A stretch of DNA of 24,000 bases from an uncultured Eubacteriales bacterium (lineage in GTDB: Bacteria > Bacillota > Clostridia > Christensenellales > UBA1242). The stretch is taken from NCBI GenBank assembly GCA_902476355.1, contig CABSCS010000004.1, positions 60,808 to 84,807 on the forward strand, written 5' to 3'. The stretch's first letter is position 1, and every line of letters begins with the position of its first letter. This document shows positions 14,391-21,134 of the stretch, in pieces. The position numbers and the translations under genes are program-made. The notes beneath the pieces are model-generated. The model did no database searches, was not told where the DNA came from, and saw only the letters and a list, made by a program, of their open reading frames with translations.

Positions 14391-14918
14391 ATGGAATATA
14401 ACAATATTAAATTTGATGCCATAATGGCAACACCGGGTCTTGGAAAATCTTTTGTTTGCGACAGAAACCCAAAGTTTATTGATGCCGACGAAGAAAGGCT
14501 CCGCTCTAAATATGTTGTGCCAGAAAACATTTCAAGAGAAGATCTTGAAAAAACAAAGGGCGACCGCCCATTTGAGCGCAGAGCAAATCATGAAGACTAT
14601 ATCAAAATTTTATATGATAAACTTGACAAGTGTGTTAAAGAAGGAAAAATTATTATTGCTGCACCACATCCAGAAATGTATGACTATTTCAAATCAAGAA
14701 ACATGAAATTTGTGTTTATCTTTCCTTCAAGAAACATGAAAGAAGAAATCAAAAGAAGAATGAAACAGCGTGGAAATGACGATGCTTTCATTAAAGAAAA
14801 TGATGACAAATTTGAAGAGTTTTATAAGTTTAACAGAAAAGAAAATCAAAGTGTGCTTCATTATGAGGCGGAACCGGGCGAATATTTGTCTGAAATTTTA
14901 AAGAAATTTGGTGCATAA
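14391..14918 (+). CDS. Short P-loop NMP-kinase-like protein (adenylate/UMP-CMP kinase-like LID), 175 aa
   Basis: Walker A ATPGLGKS near the N-terminus. RRMKQRGNDDAFIKENDDKFEEFYKF resembles the short-LID segment R..RG...DDN.E.i.kR...y of NMP kinases. Substrate unknown. Confidence 0.65.
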   Translation: MEYNNIKFDAIMATPGLGKSFVCDRNPKFIDADEERLRSKYVVPENISREDLEKTKGDRPFERRANHEDYIKILYDKLDKCVKEGKIIIAAPHPEMYDYFKSRNMKFVFIFPSRNMKEEIKRRMKQRGNDDAFIKENDDKFEEFYKFNRKENQSVLHYEAEPGEYLSEILKKFGA

Positions 14919-14938
14919 CCTTTATTTTTCAAAAAGGT

Positions 14939-14968
14939 TTGACTAGTTGCATTAAATTTTAATATAAT
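14939..14968 (+). promoter_or_regulatory. Sigma-A-type promoter of rplI
   Basis: TTGACT (14939-14944), 18-nt spacer, TATAAT (14963-14968). AAAAGGAG SD before ATG 14987. Confidence 0.6.
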
Positions 14969-14986
14969 ATGCAAAAGGAGAAAATT

Positions 14987-15433
14987 ATGAAAGTTATTTT
15001 ATCAAGTGATGTTAAAGCCCTTGGAAGAAAAGGCGACATTGTGAATGTGAGCGATGGCTATGCAAACAACTTTTTGCTTAAAAACAAACTTGCAGTTCCT
15101 GCATCTGCTGGAAACCTTAATTTGAATGCACAAGAAAAGGCTGCAAAAGCAAAAAAGATTAAAGAGGAAACTGCCGAAGCAAACGCCCTTGCAAAAACTT
15201 TGAAAGATGTTACTGTTGTTGTGAAAACAAAAGTTGGCGAAAATGGCAAAACTTTTGGTTCAATTTCTGGAAAAGAAATTGCAGAAGAACTTTCAAAAAT
15301 GGGCTATTCAATCGACAGAAAGAAAATTGAACTTGAAGCACCAATCAAAAGTGTTGGTGAATATTTGGTTCCAGTTCGCCTTTATGTTGGAGTTGTTGGA
15401 AAAATCAATGTTAAAGTTGTTGCAAACGCATAA
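14987..15433 (+). CDS. rplI: 50S ribosomal protein L9
   Basis: MKVILSSDVKALGRKGDIVNVSDGYANNFLLKNKLAVPA... is the canonical L9 N-terminal domain, and the 148-aa length fits. The track start 14969 is a short extension upstream of the SD. Confidence 0.95.
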   Translation: MKVILSSDVKALGRKGDIVNVSDGYANNFLLKNKLAVPASAGNLNLNAQEKAAKAKKIKEETAEANALAKTLKDVTVVVKTKVGENGKTFGSISGKEIAEELSKMGYSIDRKKIELEAPIKSVGEYLVPVRLYVGVVGKINVKVVANA

Positions 15434-15464
15434 ATAAAAAGTTGAGAAATTTCTCAACTTTTTT
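15431..15464 (+). repeat. Direct-repeat copy A: rplI stop codon plus rho-independent terminator (TAAATAAAAAGTTGAGAAATTTCTCAACTTTTTT)
   Basis: The 18-bp perfect palindrome GTTGAGAAATTTCTCAAC (15441-15458) is flanked by A5 and a T-run. All 34 nt are identical to 16905-16938. Confidence 0.9.
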
Positions 15465-15554
15465 TGTGTAAAGAAAAATAAAAACAGGCTTTTAGTCTTT
15501 CATTTGTTTGCCAAAAACAAAATACACATGTATAATGAATTTGAGGATATACAT

Positions 15555-15863
15555 ATGGAAGAACAAACGATTGTAAAAGAAAGAAAAACAAATTTGTGGG
15601 ACACACTTGGAAAGGTTGTTGCAATTTATCTTACTCTTGTCTATGCACTTTTCATTTCAAACTCATATTTTCACTATTTGCCAGTTGGTGGAATCATTTT
15701 AAGCATCATCTCATATTCAATGCTCTATGGCCCAATGATTCTTATCATCATCACATGCATGGAAGCGCTCAAAAATCGCAGTCTTGTTTTGAAAATCATT
15801 TTTCTTGCAGTTTGGGTTGTAATTTTCATTTTCTCATTCTTCCCATCTTTGCTTTCATTTTAG
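15555..15863 (+). CDS. Small polytopic membrane protein, 102 aa, 3-4 predicted TM segments
   Basis: GAGGA (15543-15547) lies 7 nt before ATG 15555, and TGTATAAT at 15527-15534 is a candidate -10. Hydrophobic stretches: VVAIYLTLVYALFI, GGIILSIISYSMLYGPMILIIITCM, LVLKIIFLAVWVVIFIFSFF. The stop is 15 nt before the lipase ATG. Confidence 0.7.
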   Translation: MEEQTIVKERKTNLWDTLGKVVAIYLTLVYALFISNSYFHYLPVGGIILSIISYSMLYGPMILIIITCMEALKNRSLVLKIIFLAVWVVIFIFSFFPSLLSF

Positions 15864-15878
15864 GTGGGGGAAAAGAGT

Positions 15879-16907
15879 ATGAAGAAAAATATCGAATTCA
15901 TTATAACTCTTGTGGTTCTGCTGGTTGTGGCATATTTTGCGGTCATGAACTCGAACAGTGTTTATAAAAGCCCTGTGAACAACCGCTATAATGTTGGCTC
16001 GATTTATGTTAAAGAAACCACTCTTGATTATAGAAAATACAGCGAAAGCGTTTCGCCAAAAGCAATGTGTAACATTTCTGCCGAAGTTTCTGTTGGAATT
16101 TTGAAAGAGGTTTACAAAACTTTCATGGCAATTGGCGATGACAAAGTTTCGGGCTGGAAACTTCTTGAAAAAGGAAGCAAACAAAGCGGACTTGCATATA
16201 AACTTTGGGTGAACCGCTATGATAAATCGGTTTACACCCTGACGCTTTCTGGAACCGACCAAATTCGCGATACGTCGCAATATTTTCCAATGATGATGGA
16301 TGAAGAATATCCAATTCAAATGAAAGAAACTCTGGAAGTTGGAAAGAAAATTGTTTCACTTTTAGAAAAAAACATTTCTGCGGGTAACGGCGAAAAAATG
16401 ACCGAGTTTTATATCACTGGTCACTCGCTTGGTGGATATCTTTCAGCATTTCTCGCGTCGGAAATTGTTGACAGTTATAATGGTGAAAACCACCAAAACA
16501 TTAAATATTCAGATTTCCTTTATTCAAACTTTTCAATTAAAAATGTTCATTGCTACACTTTTGGTGCTCCGGGATTTTACAACAAACCAATGGACGAAGG
16601 TGTTCTTGGAATTGGAATTTATGCCAACCACCCAATCCCATCATGGGGTGTTAAAAAGAAAACAAACAACGAGCAGGGGAAATATGATGATGTCATCACA
16701 AACTATTATAACAACCTTGACCTTGTTGGAACGCTTTATGTTGCAAACGACAATCTTAAACATCTTGGAACAACAATTGTCATGTGGGTGAACAATGCAA
16801 ACCCTGTGAACCTTTATCTTTTGTCTGTGAACTTTGTGGAAGTTCCAAAAAAATTATACTATCACATGCCTTGGGTATATATCAATGTTCTTGATAAAAT
16901 GGGCTAA
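15879..16907 (+). CDS. Class-3 (fungal-type) lipase family alpha/beta hydrolase with N-terminal signal-anchor, 342 aa
   Basis: N-terminal TM MKKNIEFIITLVVLLVVAYFAV. YTLTLSGTD (the FRGT-like strand), nucleophile elbow ITGHSLGGYLSAFLA (GHSLGG = 16419-16436), and CYTFGAPGF, matching the Lipase_3 pattern. GGTGGGGG SD upstream of ATG 15879. Confidence 0.8.
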   Translation: MKKNIEFIITLVVLLVVAYFAVMNSNSVYKSPVNNRYNVGSIYVKETTLDYRKYSESVSPKAMCNISAEVSVGILKEVYKTFMAIGDDKVSGWKLLEKGSKQSGLAYKLWVNRYDKSVYTLTLSGTDQIRDTSQYFPMMMDEEYPIQMKETLEVGKKIVSLLEKNISAGNGEKMTEFYITGHSLGGYLSAFLASEIVDSYNGENHQNIKYSDFLYSNFSIKNVHCYTFGAPGFYNKPMDEGVLGIGIYANHPIPSWGVKKKTNNEQGKYDDVITNYYNNLDLVGTLYVANDNLKHLGTTIVMWVNNANPVNLYLLSVNFVEVPKKLYYHMPWVYINVLDKMG

Positions 16908-16938
16908 ATAAAAAGTTGAGAAATTTCTCAACTTTTTT
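16905..16938 (+). repeat. Direct-repeat copy B: lipase stop codon plus the same terminator (bidirectional, also serves the convergent yugP-like gene)
   Basis: 34/34 nt identical to 15431-15464, starting exactly at the TAA stop codon in both copies. Confidence 0.9.
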
Positions 16939-16984
16939 ATTTGTTTTTATATAAATGTTTTATATTATAAAGTTTTTGCAACCA

Positions 16985-17719
16985 CTATTTCTTGCTACTT
17001 TTTCCATTTCCAAGAATCATCAGAACATAGAAGAAGAATCTTAAAAAGTAGATTGCAGAGGTTACAAGTGCGGAAATATAGGTTTGGGCTGCGGCTTTCA
17101 AAACCTTTCTTGCATATGGAACTTCATCTTGTTCTAAAAGCCCGTTTGAAAGAATGTTGATTGCTCTTTTTGATGCGTCAAATTCAACTGGAAGAGTGAT
17201 CAAATAAAACAGTGTTGAAGAACCATAAAATGCAACAGAAACCCAAACAATAATTTCGCCGGCTGGTGCGCATACTTTTGAAACAAACATCAAAACAATT
17301 CCAACAACAAAAAGTGGCCAAAACATTGTGCTTGCAATGTTCACAATTGGAACGAGTGCACTTCTAATTTTCAGTGGTTTATAGCCTTCTTTGTGTTGAA
17401 TGGCGTGTCCAACTTCGTGGGCGGCAACGCCAATTGCTGCAACGCTTGAACTTGCAAAAGTGCTTTCTGACAAACTTAAAGTTTTTGTTTTTGGATTATA
17501 GTTATCTGTAAGTTTTCCATTGATTCCTTGAATTTTAACTTCGTTTAGACCTGCGTTGTCAAGCATTATTCTTGCAATTTCGGCTCCAGTTTTTCCACTT
17601 TTGTTTTCCATTGTTGAAAATGCGTTGAAAGTTTTTGAAACGTTGATTTGAGCATAAACGCCATAGATGAGTCCAGGCAAAATCAATATGGTTGCAACAA
17701 CATAAAGAATATATTCCAT
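16985..17719 (-). CDS. yugP: YugP-family membrane zinc metallopeptidase (Zn_peptidase_2)
   Basis: The sequence is collinear with B. subtilis YugP: ...GAEIARIMLDNAGL..., LTDNYNPKTKTLSLSE, AAHEVGHAIQH (HExxH), ITLPVEFDAS.RA. AAGGAGA SD. Confidence 0.9.
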   Translation of the reverse strand: MEYILYVVATILILPGLIYGVYAQINVSKTFNAFSTMENKSGKTGAEIARIMLDNAGLNEVKIQGINGKLTDNYNPKTKTLSLSESTFASSSVAAIGVAAHEVGHAIQHKEGYKPLKIRSALVPIVNIASTMFWPLFVVGIVLMFVSKVCAPAGEIIVWVSVAFYGSSTLFYLITLPVEFDASKRAINILSNGLLEQDEVPYARKVLKAAAQTYISALVTSAIYFLRFFFYVLMILGNGKSSKK

Positions 17720-17742
17720 TTTTGTCTCCTTATTAAGACTAT

Positions 17743-17770
17743 ATTATATTATTATTTAAAATAATGTCAA
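17743..17770 (-). promoter_or_regulatory. Sigma-A-type promoter of the yugP-like gene
   Basis: On the minus strand: TTGACA (plus 17765-17770), 16-nt spacer, TATAAT (plus 17743-17748). Confidence 0.6.
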
Positions 17771-17784
17771 ACAAATTGAAATGA

Positions 17785-17813
17785 TTGATATTGCACAAAA
17801 AATTTGATAAAAT
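17785..17813 (+). promoter_or_regulatory. Sigma-A-type promoter of addBA
   Basis: TTGATA (17785-17790), 17-nt spacer, TGaTAAAAT (TAAAAT = 17808-17813). Confidence 0.6.
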
Positions 17814-17831
17814 ATGAGAGAGGTGATAAGC

Positions 17832-20800
17832 ATGAAAATGGATTTTATCTTGTCTGAAACCGACAATGGAGCAATGAAAGAGGCTCTTTCTTTGGTTGCA
17901 AAAATTGCACCAAACAGTCGTGAAAATTTCATTGTTGTTGTTCCTGAAACAAAAACATTGTTTGCCGAGCGTTTTTTGCTTGATGAAATCAAAAATCATG
18001 CGTTCACAAATATTTACATTTACAGTTTCAACCGTCTTTTGAAAAAAATTCAAACAGTCAAAAAACTGCCACTTTCAAAGCAGGGTGGGGTTATGATTGT
18101 TCGAAACATTATCATGAAAAATCAAGACAATTTGGTGTGCTATAAAAAGACTGCAAAAACCGCGGGTTTTGCCGAAAGTGTTTATGACACAATACAACAA
18201 CTCAAATCAAGTGGGGTCAGCCCAGAAGAAATTTTTGAGGCAGGCAACAAACTTACATCGGCGCTAAAAATCAAACTTGCCGACATTTCGCTTATCTACC
18301 GCGAATATGAAAACTATATTGGCGAAAACATGATTGACCTCAATGACCGTCTTGAAATGCTTGAAAAAGAGGCAGAAAACTCTTTATTTATCAAAAACTC
18401 ACACATGTTTGTTGTTGGCTTTGATTCGCTCACAGCGAACATGGTTTCTTGCATCAAAAACTTTGTGAAAACCGCAAAAAGCGTAACCGTGTCTGCATCG
18501 TTTTTGCATCCAGACCGCAAAAATTCACATATCAGTGAAAACGAAGTTTATTCGCACTTCAAAAAAATTGCAGACGATTTTCATATTGCCTATGTTCCGA
18601 AAATCAAAGGTTTGCACCTTCAAAAAGATTTTGAAACTTTGAAAAACAATTTATATTCATATCCTCTTGTTTCATCTCCTCTTCACGGTGGGGTTGAAAT
18701 GTTTGGTTCTCCAAGTATGCAAGAAGAATGCAAAATTGTTGCAAGCAAAATCAAGCAAAGTGTTTTGAAAGGCAAGCGTCGCTATGGCGAGATATATTGT
18801 TTTTTGGCAAATCCAGACGAAGAAACTTTCTTGACCGAAAAACTTGATGACTTTGGCGTTCCATATTTTGTTTCAATGCCATATCAAGAAGAAAGCCACC
18901 AGTTTTATTTGTTCATAAAAAGCATTTTTGCAATCGCAAAAAAGAATCTTGACAGCGAAGAGGTTATCAAATTTGCAAGAAATAACCTGCTGTTTTTTGA
19001 CAGTGAAAAAGTTGACGATTTCGAGAACTATGTTTTGAAATTTGGAACTTCATACACAAAATTTTTAAAACCTTTTGAATATGGAAAAGACAATTTGTCT
19101 CGTCTTGAAAATGCCGAAGAAATCCGACAAAAAATTGTTGATGTTTTCTATGACTTTGTTGAAAACATTTCAGGAAAACAAAAAACAAGCGAAATTGTTG
19201 ACGCACTTTTAAACTTTTTTGATGCGTTTAAAATGCAAGACAAACTTGAACAATTGTCGGCAGTGCAAGAGTCGCTTGGCGAAACAAGAGAATCGCTTGC
19301 AACAAAACAAGTTTTTGAAAAAGCAACCGAAGTTCTTCAAATGCTTTCTCAATTTCTTGGCGAGCAAAACATGAGCCTTGACGAGTTCTATACTTTGCTT
19401 GTAAGCGGTCTTGAAGCAGATGACATTTCGCTTTTGCCACTTGGTGTTGACCAAGTTCAAATTGTTCGTGCGCCAGATTCAATATATAACGCAAAAGACC
19501 TTTATATTCTTGGTGCAACCGATGGCAATTTCCCAAAAAGAGAACTTGACCTTGGACTTATTTCGGATGGCGAAATTGTTTCATTGGAGGGCATAAACCA
19601 AAAGAAAATTGAACCAACAATACGTTCAATCAACCGCCGAGAAAGATTCAAAATGTATCAACTTGTTTTGGTTCCAGAGCATTTATGCATCAGTTTTGCC
19701 GACCACCTTTCAAATGGTGAAGAATCAAAAATGAGCAGTTTGGTAAACATGATTGCTTCGCTTTTCACAGTTGATGGCAAAGAATATGAAATTCCAAAAA
19801 TCTATAATGCGTTTGACACTTCGTCGCACGATTTTAAAGATTTGCTTTTCAGCCTTGGTTCGAAAGAAAATGCAATCAGATTTCTGGCAGAAAGCATTGC
19901 AAAATATCGCAGTGGGGCGAACATTTCACTTGATATCATTTCAAAATTATATTATCTTCTTGAAAATGATTTGGATGAAAATTTGAAAAAACAAATCGAA
20001 CAAATCAATTTTGAAAAAGAATATGAAACCTTGCAAAATGCAGACAAGTTGTTTTTCAAAAGTGGCACAACTTCTATTTCTGAACTTGAATCATATTTTT
20101 CTTGTCCATTCAAACACTTTGTGAACTATGGACTTCGCTTGAAAGAAAGAGAACTTTCTTCAATGAAAGCACTTGATGTTGGTGACATTCTCCATGCCGT
20201 TGCCGAGCAGTTCATGAACTTTGCAGTGAAAAATCCAAATATCAAAGTTGAGCAGTTTGCAAAAAACACACTTCGAAAAGTTCTTGCAAATGAAAAATAT
20301 AGCGAAGAAGACAACATCATTTTAATCAAAATTTTGGAAAAAGAAGTTGTTCGGCTTTGCAAAGCGCTTTACGACGAAATGCAGTCTTCTGCTTTCAAAA
20401 CAATTTACACCGAAGAATGGTTTGGTGGCAAAAACGGAAAGTTTTCGGGCATTGAACTTTGTAAAAATCCAAAAGTTGAAATTGTTGGAAAAATTGACCG
20501 TATCGACAAAACTATTTTGGAAAATGGCGAGCAGTATTACAGAATAATTGACTATAAAACCGGAAAGATAGAAGCCAACCCTGCCGATATTTACTATGGC
20601 AAAAAACTTCAACTTGCGGTTTATCTTGATGCAATCAAAGATGACAAAATGAAGCCATCTGGCGTTTTATATTTTCCAATTCATAACGACTATGCCGACT
20701 CGAAAGATAAGATTGATGATGCATACAAGTGCAAAGGTTTCATTTTAAAAGACACCGATGTTGTTTTGAAAATGGACAAAACACTTGGGCTTGAAAATCC

Positions 20801-21134
20801 AAAATCAAAATTTATTGGTGTTGAAATTAGCACCAAAAAAGAAAACCTGAAATCGGGCACAATTGAACTGAAAAACAGTTCTTCGCTTGTGAGTGAGGAT
20901 GAAATTGAAAGCATTTCGTCATATGCAATTGAACTTTCAAAAAAGGCAGTTCAAGAAATTTTGCAGGGTTATATCAAGCCAACACCATTCAAAAAATCAA
21001 GCGAGGTTGCTTGCGAATATTGCCCATTTGCAAATGTTTGCGGAATTGCGAAGAAAGCAGACGTATACACGCGTGAGGCAACAATCGACAACATTAAAGA
21101 TTTCTATAAAGGAGGCAATTCATGGGAAAAATAA
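17832..21134 (+). CDS. addB: ATP-dependent helicase/deoxyribonuclease subunit B (AddB/RexB)
   Basis: ~1100 aa, immediately upstream of and overlapping addA. RecB-type nuclease motif RIIDYKTGK. Fe-S cluster cysteines FSCPFKHF plus CEYCPFANVC. Start chosen at ATG 17832, after GAGAGGTGA. Confidence 0.9.
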   Translation: MKMDFILSETDNGAMKEALSLVAKIAPNSRENFIVVVPETKTLFAERFLLDEIKNHAFTNIYIYSFNRLLKKIQTVKKLPLSKQGGVMIVRNIIMKNQDNLVCYKKTAKTAGFAESVYDTIQQLKSSGVSPEEIFEAGNKLTSALKIKLADISLIYREYENYIGENMIDLNDRLEMLEKEAENSLFIKNSHMFVVGFDSLTANMVSCIKNFVKTAKSVTVSASFLHPDRKNSHISENEVYSHFKKIADDFHIAYVPKIKGLHLQKDFETLKNNLYSYPLVSSPLHGGVEMFGSPSMQEECKIVASKIKQSVLKGKRRYGEIYCFLANPDEETFLTEKLDDFGVPYFVSMPYQEESHQFYLFIKSIFAIAKKNLDSEEVIKFARNNLLFFDSEKVDDFENYVLKFGTSYTKFLKPFEYGKDNLSRLENAEEIRQKIVDVFYDFVENISGKQKTSEIVDALLNFFDAFKMQDKLEQLSAVQESLGETRESLATKQVFEKATEVLQMLSQFLGEQNMSLDEFYTLLVSGLEADDISLLPLGVDQVQIVRAPDSIYNAKDLYILGATDGNFPKRELDLGLISDGEIVSLEGINQKKIEPTIRSINRRERFKMYQLVLVPEHLCISFADHLSNGEESKMSSLVNMIASLFTVDGKEYEIPKIYNAFDTSSHDFKDLLFSLGSKENAIRFLAESIAKYRSGANISLDIISKLYYLLENDLDENLKKQIEQINFEKEYETLQNADKLFFKSGTTSISELESYFSCPFKHFVNYGLRLKERELSSMKALDVGDILHAVAEQFMNFAVKNPNIKVEQFAKNTLRKVLANEKYSEEDNIILIKILEKEVVRLCKALYDEMQSSAFKTIYTEEWFGGKNGKFSGIELCKNPKVEIVGKIDRIDKTILENGEQYYRIIDYKTGKIEANPADIYYGKKLQLAVYLDAIKDDKMKPSGVLYFPIHNDYADSKDKIDDAYKCKGFILKDTDVVLKMDKTLGLENPKSKFIGVEISTKKENLKSGTIELKNSSSLVSEDEIESISSYAIELSKKAVQEILQGYIKPTPFKKSSEVACEYCPFANVCGIAKKADVYTREATIDNIKDFYKGGNSWEK

